From Oikopleura dioica (lineage: Eukaryota; Animalia; Chordata): DNA of 64,000 nt. The first letter of the stretch is position 1. Each line of letters opens with the position of its first letter. The translations under genes were made by a program, and so were the position numbers. The notes beneath the pieces are model-generated. The model did not search any database and was not told the DNA's origin. It saw nothing but the letters and a program-made list of their open reading frames with translations. This document shows, one piece after another, positions 37,017 through 49,147 of this stretch. The stretch covers positions 7,440,001-7,504,000 of the forward strand of contig OU015567.1 in NCBI GenBank assembly GCA_907165135.1, read 5' to 3'.

Positions 37017-37916
37017 AACACCGCTGTAGCATCATCCTATCAGCAGAAAGCAGGTTACAAGAACAAAATTGTAGTCTGGCTGGGCTGGAGCCCGCCCGAA
37101 AACACTGAAACGATATGCCGAAATGTACGAAGAAATGGGCCACTCTTCCGTTATGGTCGGAGTGGACCTGACTGCGGTCAAAAACAGTGAAAAGGGTGCG
37201 GCCCTTGCGAAGCAGCAAACCTTCTGGGACGAAAACGAGCGAGCCATGTACACAGAAATGATGGAAGAATACATGAAACCGTTGTGGGAAGAGCATCCCG
37301 ATTTGGAGAAAGTTTCCCCAATCGTGCATACCTTTTCGAATAACGGAATTCAAACCTGGTTTAATTTGACGGACGTTTTTCAGCCGCACAAGGGAGTGAT
37401 ATTTGATTCCGGCCCTGCTTGTCCACCTGATTGGGACGTGCCAGGAAAAATTTTTAGGCTCAACAATCCGAATGCCCCGCTTATGATCAAAATCGCGGTC
37501 ACTTTAGGAAAGGATAAAGAAAATATTCATCAAATCATTTAAGTCATCAATCCATGAACCTTGAAAAGTAATGAACAGTGCTTACAGTTTTCGTGGCTTG
37601 GCAAAATACAAGAAAGAAGGAATGCTGATTCCTGACGACTTGATGGCAATGATTCCACCTCAAATAGGAACCGCGCCAAGTTTATTTATCGCTGCTGAAC
37701 ACGACACACTCACGTAAAATTCGAACTACGGTTAGGCAATTGAATTTCTTCAGTCCGCCTTCTTCCGTTGAAAAAGAACGAAATCGAACCAGGGATTTCG
37801 GCTTGTCGACGACGGAGTATCATGTGCTCAATGGAGGACATTGCACGATGCTGAGGGATGATGGAGAAAATTATAAAAGAGTCATTGAGAACTGGATAAA
37901 AACACTTGATAAATAA
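37017..37916 (+). CDS. TMEM53: TMEM53/DUF829-like alpha/beta-hydrolase-fold protein; first exon not found
   Basis: KIVVWLGW/GWAGARPKTLKRYAEMY, IVHTFSNNG, GVIFDSGP, PSLFIAAEHD, GGHCTMLRDDGENY match DUF829 motifs. Frameshift near 37078-37088 and probable GA-AG intron 37508-37568. Confidence 0.7.
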
Positions 37917-38063
37917 AATCTAAATCATTTCACTTTATTCGAAATAAATTATCTAAAAATGGACAAGAATAGGAGTCCAAGAGCAAGGCTGTATTCTCGC
38001 GCATCACTACCTCCATTGCCGCCTTTATTCGTCACCTTCATTTGAACATCATTCGATTTAGCT

Positions 38064-39501
38064 TCAAACTCGCAGTCTGCATAAAGAGCTCCAGTTGGCA
38101 CAGAAGCAGCCTGGCATTGCGCTTAATTTTTCATTGAAATGTTGACCTTGATAAAAGCACTTACGGAAATTCTTGTCCTTCAAAATAAGATCCATCACAT
38201 ACAGGGTCAACTCGTCGATTTTCAAGAATCTTAAGTCTTCCATTGTATGATAGAATGCAGCCAATTGAAGAAGGCTGTATGGAAGATGGCAGAAAAATTC
38301 GTTCGAAATTTCAGCCGCTAATGAATTTGATTAAGATCTCTAGGAAATCTTTGTTTCTATTTTACCCGTAACAGGTACTGGCGGATTTCCTGCATTGTAT
38401 TCCGTTACATAAGCGTTTATGTAGGCATCAAACTTTGAGTCTTTATCGGTGTTTGGTAACTCTGAAAAAAAATTGGTGCCTTGGATTAAAAAGACGCTTA
38501 CTGTTCCAGAAATAAATAAGATCCCAAATTCTTGGCCCAATGTTTGAATTGTCGTAGTCCAAAAGACGGTAAGTTCCGTCATCAAGCTTGAAGATGTTGC
38601 CCAAGTGCGGATCTCCGTGGCTAAAGACGGCTGGAGACGGGGCCATTTCGGCTTGATCTCGCGCGTATTCGTAGAACTCTTGAAGAGTCTTCATATCACC
38701 GATTCCGTTCCTACGATATCGTTTAGAATTCGACAGAAATATTTCTAAATACTTTTGCATGTATCCTTGAACGAAGTCTCGACCATCTTTGAAATAATCA
38801 TCGTTCAGATGATCCCCGTAAGCGACTGTATTCCAGGGCCAGTGTTGGCTGCAAAAGTCCCTGTTCATGCCTGTATCGCCGTATGGCACTAGATGATTCT
38901 TTGCAAGCAACCTAGCCACGGCGAAAATATCATCATCCGTTGGAGTGGTGTCTTCTAAATCACCGCCGTTCAAAAACTCCTGAACAATGGCGAAGTTCAA
39001 GCTGCCATAAGGATTTCCATCATTGTAAGTTTTGTAGATCTCTGCGCCAACTCCGATGTCGCCGCCATTTTGATACGCGTTGACAACGTCATTGAGACGA
39101 TTTTTATTCATCCTGAAGTTTTTATCATTAATACTAGTGTATATAATATACAATATACAGTATAATACAGTATATTTACAATTTTCAATACCTGTAAAAG
39201 TTTATAGCGTCCGGATCGTTGTATAGTTTCACAAGAGTTTTTCGCTCAATCGTTCCTGAGTCCGCGGCTACATCATATGTGCACTCAAATAGTTTGGCTT
39301 GAGCACCGCTGAATCTGTATTCGAAGACTTTGGGATCTCCGCCGGCAACATCTTTGCAAATCTCATCCGCTTTAGCGGTTTGAGCATCTGAAGGTCCGTC
39401 AGCAAGAGCCGAATTGATGGCTGTTCAGGGTGAAAATTTTTCGTCATGAAATGCTTTAGTTTTGAATTTTAACCCTTGTCAAAAAGTGAAAAAAGCTTCA
39501 T
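38064..39501 (-). CDS. Choline/ethanolamine kinase-like (APH-fold) protein; start uncertain
   Basis: VFSHGDPHLGNIF (Brenner-like motif), LLDYDNSNIGPRIWDLIYFW; GT-AG introns give an in-frame model. Confidence 0.75.
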
Positions 39502-40168
39502 CTTCTGAGACGTCTCTCTGGCACGCCACAAATCTTGTCGAAAATCTCGGACCGTCGGAGAGTCGTAAAAGCTAGAAAGGCGTAGTTGGCTAAGCCCACT
39601 ATTTCAGCTGGATTTTAGTCTTTTTGAATGCTAACCGCACCTCTTTATTTCTTCGTTCTCAGGGGAGCGGAAACTGCTTTGACGAAAAATATTTTGCTTT
39701 GTTCGCAAAAGTTCAAATTATAATAGCCATAGATTCTGGTCCATAGTTGTTTTTGCTCCACGAGATAAGACGAAGAGATCCTCGTACAATTGGTAGATTG
39801 GATCTTTTGCCGTTTAATCTCATACAAAAAGAACCTGAATTTTTCATGCAAAATCATCAGCAGATGTATTTCGGGGTGTAAGACGTAGCACGCGCCTCTC
39901 AAGAGGCCTCTAGAATATCGGTCAAGGAGCTAATCCGCGGGCTCCGCATCGAGGCAGAAAATAGGCGAACGAAGAAGCTCGGTCGATACCCATCTGTTCG
40001 ACGGGGAAGCGATTCCGGTGCCCATTGTCTCGCTGCTGCGCGAGTGTTTCAACCCGATGACTTCCAATAAAAATGAGATTACAAGCACAATCGACCGTAA
40101 AACTGTCAGCCGATTAGTGATGCCTTGATTATAGAATTTTGCCGAAAGGAAAGTATCAAAAGCACTCT

Positions 40169-40492
40169 AGGAAGGAATGCAGATATTCGGGAGACGCTCG
40201 GTTCGATTACCAATTGGTATTCAAATACCAATTTTGGTATTCAAATACCAAATTCGCCAAAGAATACTAATTTCGCCCACCAAAAAATGCGAGTGTGCGC
40301 TCCGCGCCTGTTTTATAGGAAGCTCTAGATGTAATTTACCTGTTTTTCAAGGAAAAAAAATGTTTCCAGTAGAAAAATTTGGTATTCAAATACCAATTTT
40401 TGGTATTCAAATACCAATTTTGGCATTCATATACCAAAAATTTTTGGTAATGAAACCGAGCGCCCCCGAGATATTCTGCAACATTCCTACCT
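40169..40492. mobile_element. Degenerate MITE with internal quasi-palindromic TTGGTATTCAAATACCAA repeats
   Basis: About 45-bp degenerate inverted ends (aggaatg…cgctcggtt…ttaccaa) and about 5 internal 18-bp units. Confidence 0.7.
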
Positions 40493-41038
40493 CTGATATA
40501 CCAGCTCAGTTTTCTCCTCATTTTAAATAATCTTTTTAACGAAAAATAAGAAATGTATGGACATCGATTAAGACTCACTGGTAGCTCAATAAATCATTGA
40601 CTTCTTTCTATAATTGGTATAATTGGTATAATTGCAAAAATAGGCAATAGTTACGGATAATTGTATAATAAAATATTCTCTAGACGGAAACTTAAAAATA
40701 TTTTTCTTCACGGGAAAACAACAAATTATCAGTAAAATAAAATTAACCGATCTTGCCAGAGAAAATTACATAAACCAACCGGTAATCCCGGATAACCGCG
40801 CATTCTGTGACTGATCAATATCCAAGTTTTCTGAGAAGTGTCTTTTGAACTTGTCAAGAAATTGAATTTCGCGCGGTCGGACTCCTTTCAAGCTCGATCG
40901 ATTCGGAGATCAGCTGTTCACTTTCTCGGCGTGCGCCTGTCCACCGTGCGCCCTCCATCATCCCCTTTATAAATTCCTTCGATCTGTCTTTCTTTTCATA
41001 AGCAAAAAAATTGAGCAACAAAATTTCAGAGAAAGAAC

Positions 41039-41494
41039 ATGCCCGAGTTTCAAATTCGCAACATCATGTGCCCCTTCGACTGCCGCTACGGACTTGGGAA
41101 CAAAAACGACTCGCTCTGCAGACATCTCAAGCCCGTTCATCTCGAAAACCTTGCAGCAGAGCTGTTGGAATTCGAACTGTCTCAAGTCGAACCCTCCGAG
41201 CTCTTCAAATCCGTGCAGTTGTACGTCGACGACCCGGAATTCTGGAGCAACTGCTTGGGACTCGGCGAGAAGCTCCACCGCCACGCGCCAGTCTGGATTC
41301 AAGAAGCGTTCATCGAGTCTACGCGACACCAGCTCCTTCGTTTGAGCGGCGCGAAAATGGACAACAACAACTACCGATTGTTCATCAAACGCATCGAACA
41401 GCTGATGATGCTGACATCTCAATGCGACATGCAATTTTTACTCAGCGACATCGACTACTGTATCAGCAATGTCACTCGAGCCAACTCTTTTTAA
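41039..41494 (+). CDS. Unknown 151-aa protein
   Basis: ATG after an AG acceptor, GC3-rich codon usage like neighbouring genes; no motif recognised. Confidence 0.55.
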   Translation: MPEFQIRNIMCPFDCRYGLGNKNDSLCRHLKPVHLENLAAELLEFELSQVEPSELFKSVQLYVDDPEFWSNCLGLGEKLHRHAPVWIQEAFIESTRHQLLRLSGAKMDNNNYRLFIKRIEQLMMLTSQCDMQFLLSDIDYCISNVTRANSF

Positions 41495-41604
41495 CTGACT
41501 TTCATTTAAAAATTTTAACATTCATTTTTTTATTCTTTTTCATTTATTTTTCCAGTTCTTTTATCATTCAAAAAATAAATTATGTTCAACTCAAATAAAC
41601 CATG

Positions 41605-42054
41605 TCAATTCGATTCTGTCGTTTTCTGAAAAAGGGAATAGTATCCAAAAATTTGCAGGCTCCAAAGCAGCATGCACAGATGCACAAAAGCAGTGCAACG
41701 AGACCAACGACGATCCAAAGGATTGTGTGAACAAAGCTCTTCTTCATTTTGCAGTGACCGATCTAAGACAGTACTTATTGAAAGGAGATGAGAAGGTGCT
41801 ACTAAATTTACCGGCTTAGTGAAATGGCGTGTATCTTCTCGAAACTCGCAAGTAACCTTGTCCTTCCAAAAGTCCATTCTTCCGTAACAACAAACCCTCG
41901 CTGAGCATGTCTTTCCTTCAGAAGCAAATGACAAGACGTGAAAAAAGTGCGTTGGAGCGCTTTCGCATCCGTAAGAATAATCCAGTGCGTAATCGAATTC
42001 ATCTGCAAATGCTGCCAAAATGAAGAAATGAAAGATAGACCCAGTAAAACGCAT
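41605..42054 (-). CDS. Unknown secreted Cys-rich protein; 3' exon structure uncertain
   Basis: Signal-peptide-like MRFTGSIFHFFILAAFA followed by several Cys. Confidence 0.5.
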   Translation of the reverse strand: MRFTGSIFHFFILAAFADEFDYALDYSYGCESAPTHFFHVLSFASEGKTCSARVCCYGRMDFWKDKVTCEFREDTRHFTKPVNLVAPSHLLSISTVLDRSLQNEEELCSHNPLDRRWSRCTAFVHLCMLLWSLQIFGYYSLFQKTTESN

Positions 42055-42230
42055 CTCTTTAGATATTGAGTGTGAATTTTAGTGTCGGATTTCATGGTGA
42101 ATAGAAAGGGGTAGTAATAAAAGGGGGTTCAGTGACATTTAGGTACGTCATTTCGCACGAAGAGTTGGCACGATAAGACGTGGTTCTTGTTCTGGGTGTT
42201 TGTTTGGTTGATTGTTTCTCCCCCGTGGGG

Positions 42231-42418
42231 GAGTGGGCCGAGCTCGCCGGTACTGCAATAGCGAGTCAACCCGTGGGAAGAGCGGAGCAAGCCCCTAACT
42301 ACATCCCTAGTTCCAAAAATCAGGGTGACAATAGACGTCCCAGTAGGGACGGTCCCAGCTGTCACACTGAGAAGAACAGATACTACACTTGATCTTAGCC
42401 ACAAAGGCCGGAAGCGAT
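42231..42418 (-). ncRNA. RNU2: U2 spliceosomal snRNA (about 188 nt)
   Basis: AUCGCUUC-CGGCCUUUGUGGCUAAGAUCAAGUGUAGUAUCUGUUCU; branch-site recognition GUAGUA; stems IIa/IIb; Sm site AUUUUUGG; loop IV AUUGCAGUA. Confidence 0.97.
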
Positions 42419-42465
42419 ACCGAAGAAGATTCACGAAAGTGCCGGGCTCTCAAATTTGGGCGCGC

Positions 42466-42474
42466 GTTATGGTG
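42466..42474 (-). promoter_or_regulatory. Putative snRNA proximal sequence element (PSE) core
   Basis: CACCATAAC at -56 to -48 from the U2 5' end, resembling the vertebrate TCACC(G/A)TAAC PSE in sequence and position. Confidence 0.6.
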
Positions 42475-42942
42475 TTTGAAACGCGCGCCTCAAATTGACA
42501 TTCCATTTTGGGGCGCCGAGTAAAAAACCCTTTTTTCAAATTTTAAACACTTCTAGTGATATTTTTATTAATATTTCGAATAGAAAATAAATTTTTTAAA
42601 TTAAAAATTATAATGTATTTCAGAAAAATAACTATTTTCATTCAATTATTTTTTTCTTATTAGTTTGTTATCGTAATTGAAAACTGCCGTGATTTTCATG
42701 TCAGTTTGAATGTCGATCACTTGCACAGGAATCGCGAAAAATCTGAGAACTTTCCCATCAAAACCAGATCAGCCAATTTTCAGCCATTCAGCGCGCTCCA
42801 AATGAGCCACGTACTCCTTGCGTCATATTATGGCGCGGTGAGCTGAATAAAATAGAGAATATTTTTTATAAAAAGGAAAATTAAATTTCAACGCTTTCCC
42901 TGGCAGTATTGATTTGGGCGAAGAGAAATTCTAGTGGTGCTG

Positions 42943-45900
42943 ATGCGGGGATGGGTGTGGATTCTACTTCTCGGGTCAGTTGAGCTCGCAAGGGCGGAAG
43001 AAGAGGTGAAATCGAGAAAGAGCAGAATTGACGAAGTAAATGACGATTATGATGGAAAAGGTAAGCAATTATCGAACGAAAGACGCGAAAAAAATAATAT
43101 AATCCTAGCTGAAAACGCAGAATTAACGATTCAAGAACAACACCGTCTTCTACACGAAGAAGCTGTCCGAAAAGCCCACGAAGCCGCACTAAAAGCTGCC
43201 GGACAAGACCCTCACGCAGGGAATACGCAATCGAATACCGTTACAACTAGCGAAACAGTTCAATCCGTACATACAGAAGTCGTTGACAACGCTTCTGGCG
43301 AAACGATAAAGGAGAAACTTGAAGTTACAAAAAAGGTGGTAGACAGCAATGGAGAAGTTAGAGAAGACCATTTTGTCGCTGAAATGGAAGATGAAGACCT
43401 ACAGCTAGAATCTTCTCAAGAAGAAGAGGTTGTCCAAGAGGAGCAAGATGACCCAAAAGTTGCGGAGGAACCTGCCGAGAAAGAAGTTCAAACGACGATT
43501 CAGAAAAACGAGGCTTCCTCCACCGCTGGCTCGGAAGACTCTGGTAAACAAGAAAGCCCAGATGACGAAGAGTTCCAAAAGAGAATGGACGACTTCTCCG
43601 AATCCCTGGGGTCGCTCCTCACAGACGCTGTAAATACTCAACGACGGCTGAGAAAAGAGATGGACGACGAAGAACAAGTCAATGTTGGAGATAATATTAA
43701 ACTCGAAGTTGGAGGAAGAAAACTCAAGGAAATTGAAATCGATGGAGTGAAAATCCTCACCGCTGATACCGTCAAAGAAAAACCTGGTAAAAAGAGCGGT
43801 AAACTCTCGAATATCCCTCCGACAAAAGTCATGCGAGAGCACGAAGTAGACGGTATAAAAATCATGACCACAGTAGATCTTGAAAACAAAGGTTTGGGTA
43901 GAAAACTTGAAAAATCAAATGAAGCAATGAAATGAAAAACGAAGTCACACAGTAAACATCACTAACTAACCCTAATCTTAGCAACCTTAATCAAATTTTA
44001 ACATTATCGGCTACCTTCAACGGTACAGTACTCATTTTCAAGTAAGCACCCACTAAAAAGGCAATCCCGATTTACCAATCGACGTTCAAGACGAAGAATG
44101 GGAGCAATACGATCGAAACGAACAACTTCTCCTTCGTCGAAAGCGATTTCTCGCAGAAAACCCAACTTTCATCAACCCAACCTTCACGGGCTACAAAAAC
44201 ATCGACAATCTGGAACCAACCGTCGGTAAAACTGAAGATGATTGCCGCCGAATCTGGATTTTCAATGAGCGGCCGTTTTTGAAAAAGTGCGTCACTGAAT
44301 TCCGTGGAGATATGCGCCCCTGGTGCAGTTTGGATGAGGTATTTCAGGGAAACTTTATCTTCTGTGAAGAAACTGAAGAAGAACGTCTCAAGCGGGAAAA
44401 GTACGTCGAAGCGTTGACTCTCTTCACTGAAGGAACTTCGATCATCGGCGGCTGGGATTCGCGACGATCCGTGGTCAAAAGCGGATTCGAAAAGATCGAG
44501 AAAGCGTATCAGCTTGGTTATGAAAAAGCATCGGGGCATCTCGCTTGGGCGAAATTGAACGGCTATTTTCTCAAAATGAACGTCCAGGAAGCGAAAGAAC
44601 TCGCACTTGGCGGTGCCGAGCGCGGCCAAGCCCTGGATCAAGCTGTACTTGGATTCATGTACGCAACTGGTGTAGGCTTCCCAGCTAATCAAGCGAAAGC
44701 GTTTCTCTACTGGTCTTTCGCTGCTAATTCTGGCATCATGTCGGCTGATATGGCTCTTGGTTTCCGCTACTCCAAAGGCATCGGCGTCGCGTACAACTGT
44801 GAGGCTTCAATGGTTCATTACCAACGAGCAGCAGGCAAAGTGATGAACTCGATCTCGTATTCTGGAGGAAACGCGAAAGCGAAATGGAACCTCGAGCAAT
44901 TAAATTCTGCTACTTTTGACGAATCGGGGCTGCACGATATCAACTTGATCAATTACTACGAGCTCTTGGCTAATCAGGGAGAAGTCGAAGCGATGGTAAA
45001 ACTTGGGGAAATGTTTGTCGACCGAGCATATGAGGTAAAACGTCTTCAAAAAGGGAAAGATTTAATATTTTTCTATACAGAGAGATTATCAACGCGCAGC
45101 CGATCTGTACCGAAATGCTGCTAAATCATTGCCCGTCGCTGCCGCTCGCCTTGGACGACTCTATCTCGATGGACGAGGAGTTCCAAAAGACTACCGAACT
45201 GGGTACGAATACCTGAAATCCGCCGCCGACCGAAAAAGTGCAATGGGCCAGACCTATCTTGGAGTCATGTTCGAAGAAGGAACCTATCCACATCTTGCGA
45301 TTCAAGATAAGGAAAATCCTGGTATCACGGGAATTCCAAGAATCGAAGAAGCTATCAAGTACTACAAACTCGCTGTTGAGCAAGGTTTTCCTGAAGCCTG
45401 CTATCGCCTGGCGATGATCCAACTTGAAGGACGAGGAATGAAGCCTGATATTCGCTCAGCGGTTAAAAATCTTCAAATTGCTGCGCAGCATCAGAACATC
45501 AAGGCGATCTACCAACTCGCGGTCATGCAGAGCTCCGGACGGTAAGATAATCGAAATCGAGGAAGGTTCTAAACATTATTTAGGGGAATCCCGAGAAACT
45601 GTCCAGCCGCGGTAGACATGTTCAAGAACGTCGCCGAGAGAGGCATCTACGCCCGTCTGTTTATGCATGGTGGCCAACAGTTCAAATCTGAGAACTACCA
45701 ATCATCTTATGTGATTTACGCGAACCTCGCCGAGATGGGATTCGCGATCGCGCAGAGCAATGTTGCTGAACTTCTTGAGAACGGAGGTAGACTCAACTAT
45801 CTCAACTCATTCAAACTTTATTTTACTTTCAGAAATCACGATCACAGGCGAGCAAAGCCCATACCCCCGCGCTCTCGCTTCCTTCCAACGCGCGGCTATG

Positions 45901-46398
45901 CAAGGAATCGTCACTGCCCGCGTCAAAGTAGGCGACTATTACTTTTATGGACAAGGAACTCCTGTGGACGAAAAATTGGCTGGAGACAATTATCGAGAAG
46001 CTGCAGAATCTCACGGCAATGGACAGGCCTTCTTCAACCTCGGCTGGATGCACCATCACGGTGTTGGGCTCGTGAAGGACATGCATTTGGCGAAGCGATT
46101 CTACGATCAAGCTATTGAAGTCAATCCAGGTAAGATCGAGATAATGTTGATTTCGACCATCTTTAACATTGACTTTTTAGAAGACGCAACACTGCCAGCG
46201 ACACTTGCAATCATAGAACTTTACTTCGGCGGCTACGCATACGACCTCTTGTCCAGCATCGGCAAGATCACGCTTTCTTCTGTCGGTGAAAGCACGATGG
46301 AACTTATTGAAATTTACGTCGGCGAAAGCTGGGACATTTATCTCGGCCTCTTCCTAGCCCTAATTCTCTTCTTCGTTATCAACTTCAGAAGACAGTGA
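42943..46398 (+). CDS. SEL1L: Protein sel-1 homolog (ERAD adaptor)
   Basis: Signal peptide, acidic N-terminal region, FN2-like C…PWCS segment, many SEL1 repeats (LGFMYATGVGFPANQAKAFLYWSFAA, VKVGDYYFYGQGT, FNLGWMHHHGVG…DMHLAKRFYD), C-terminal TM. Confidence 0.93.
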
Positions 46399-46586
46399 TT
46401 TGCTGTATTCAATGGACGGAAAACTATCTGCTAGATGAAAATTAAATTCCATTTCTGTACCTTTTGCAATATTATTTAATGATGTTAATAAGACGATGCA
46501 ATATTCAATTTCAATTCGACCGAAGTTTGTGTAAATTTTCACGCGCAAACTTTACTCTCTTGTTCAGCAGTTTATTATACATGAAT

Positions 46587-48338
46587 TCAGGTCAATATTT
46601 CGTCCAAGACGAGTATAGGAGCACAGTCAGCGTATCCCAAATACGAAGCTTTCTGAAAAGCGTCTCCTTTATTTGATTTTTATGCTTCCCTCACCTGCTT
46701 TCCACCTTCTTCGCAAACGACGATGTCTGGATAAATCAAAGGGCTGAGAAATATAAAAATGGTTCCAAAGAAAGTCACCAGGAGAAATATCTGAAGAGAT
46801 TTTAGCGACTTTCTTGAAGTCAAATCTTACCCAAAGTAAAAGCCTATCTAGGACCATCGCTACATACTGCCATTCTGTAGCTACTGCTTTCGCCGCCTCA
46901 TGATGTCGGATACAATCGCCGATGAAGCTCATTTCCATCAGAGCAGCTCTTATTGAGCCTGAATTTTGATTTCCAACAGACATCTTCCATTTCCTCTTAC
47001 CTTGAAGGGAAGCAAGCGTACTGTTTCGTTCACCCTGAAGTGCTTCTGTAGTTGATTCTTGAGTCAAAATTATAGGTGGAAATATAATAAGATCAAACCT
47101 TCAGTTGAGCTATCAGATGGGACTTTTGCTTCTGAATGTTTCCAGCTCATCTTGTTATCTACATTTGCTTCGTCGATTTTGAAGTTTAAGTTCCGTCGAA
47201 AGAAGATGTATTTTGGAAGGACTTGTAGAAAAACATGCCGAAGCCACTAAGCGAGAATTTGTTTAAGTTGTTTCTTGATGAGGATTTACCTTTGGCATGT
47301 CATGAGTTTGAGGACTTCTGTAGTGGATGTTGAGAACGCATACTGAAGCTACAATTGATGATGTAACCAGGACCATCGTAAAGATCAAGAATCGTCCTAT
47401 CAGCGGAACATCCAGTGACGTTGGAGGAATCAGTTTTGATATCAGAAGCTAAACAACGGCCTGATACTCTGTTGAATGTGATGACTTACCAAAAAGACGG
47501 TAAGAGCAAGTAAAACCGAAATGCAGAGTGACATTTTTTCACCAGACTCGGATGGCAGGACAAAAACGAAGATCGCCAAGCTTGTAATAAGAATACAAGG
47601 AACAATCAAATTCACTGTGTAGAAAAGCGGTTTTCTCTTCATGACGATGTCGAATCTTACTTTGTCCATTTTGTCATTCTCAGTAGTTGTTTTTCTAGCG
47701 GGAAGGCCGATTATTGCCCACTCTCCGGAGTCAGTAAAATCATTTCGAATAGCTTGCAAAGAACCATGTTTTGAAACAGTCAGCTGAATCTGCACTTCTT
47801 TCTTTGAAAATACCCACGATTGAAATTCCATCGGACAGAGCTGGATGTCAAAGGGAAAGTGACGGACTCTAATCCCACAAGAAGAGTGGAACACAGCCGG
47901 TGGAGTCCATTCTACAGAGCCGTTGAAATAAACGATCGCCATTGCCATAAATGTCGACTCGTAAGAGCCGTCAGCATTGTTGTACAGAACCAGTTCAGGT
48001 CGCCAGATCTCGTCTCCAGGAAGCTGAACCTTTTCGATTCCACCATGATCAGCTGGGTTCCACTTCAGTCGCTCGTCAAACCAGCTTTGAGCTAGCCAAA
48101 CTTTCGCGGTCATAAATTGTTCATATTCTTCAAGCGAAATAAGCTGCGATAAAATCAGGGTGAAATTTATATTCACAACGTCATGAACTTCTCTAACTGG
48201 CCTAACAAGAGGCGAGTACTTTTTCTTGTCAAGAAGCTTGTTTATCAATTTCTCTTCCTTGTTGTCATACGGAAGTCCGTCGTACTTGGGTATTTCTGCA
48301 GAAACAAAGAGCACGGGTAAAAAGTAAACTACTTTCAT
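46587..48338 (-). CDS. Nicotinic acetylcholine receptor non-alpha (beta-like) subunit
   Basis: [13 protein letters not shown], Cys-loop [64 protein letters not shown]; no vicinal Cys in loop C. Confidence 0.93.
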
Positions 48339-48379
48339 CCTCTTGAGCGCATTTTTTTCAATAAGCGAAGGCAAAGCTC

Positions 48380-49015
48380 ATGCAGACAATAAATCAATAT
48401 ATCTTCGATTTTTACGCGGCTCACTGTCAGTCGAGAATTCAATTATACAGTTTCAAGGTCATCTTAAAATTATTTGTTTATTTTTTTCGAGAACAGCTTA
48501 TGTTATTGAAAATTTCTCAAGCTCACAGTGTCTACACTTATTTTAAAAAAGTACAGAGTATGGAATCAGAAGAAGTTATTGCGGAACTGCACAACCTTTT
48601 CTCCGATAATGTGCCGTACATGAGCATTTGGAAAAGAGTAAAATTCAACGGTCTCGTGAACGAGACATTTGAGACACCTCTTCTTGGACGTCGAAATATT
48701 GAGCACCATGGATCTTTCTATGATATCACGGACGAAATCAAGGCGGCGTTTTCTACTAAGCTTGATGATTGGAAGTGCATCGATCCTGGATCATTACGAA
48801 TGAAAAATTTCAAGCGGATTTCTCCTTCTAGTAAAGCCTTTGAAAGCTTTTTAATGTCAGGAAAAGAGGTGCTCGATGAATGCAACGGACAAGAGTCTTA
48901 TGACTTAGGCTTCAACAACAAAGAGGTCTACTTATTGATGCAACCATTTAATAAGAGACTGTTTTTGATCCCGAAATCTGGAAGTAATAATAAAGGTGTG
49001 AATGATATAAGTTAA
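48380..49015 (+). CDS. Unknown protein, head-to-head with the nAChR gene; real start may be about 48560
   Basis: Long ORF with coding-like composition; no motif recognised. Confidence 0.5.
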   Translation: MQTINQYIFDFYAAHCQSRIQLYSFKVILKLFVYFFREQLMLLKISQAHSVYTYFKKVQSMESEEVIAELHNLFSDNVPYMSIWKRVKFNGLVNETFETPLLGRRNIEHHGSFYDITDEIKAAFSTKLDDWKCIDPGSLRMKNFKRISPSSKAFESFLMSGKEVLDECNGQESYDLGFNNKEVYLLMQPFNKRLFLIPKSGSNNKGVNDIS

Positions 49016-49147
49016 AATCTGTTAATAACATCTTGAAGATGCATTCATCAGATACACGGAAATCGACTCAATGGTTAGTGCACTTTAATTTTTACATCGT
49101 ATATAATAATCCGAGGATAGGATCAAGACTGGGCTGCAATTTCAACG

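Noticed and set aside
42129-42434. ORFs 42129-42434 (-) and 42180-42392 (+)
   Set aside because: They overlap the U2 snRNA gene; incidental.
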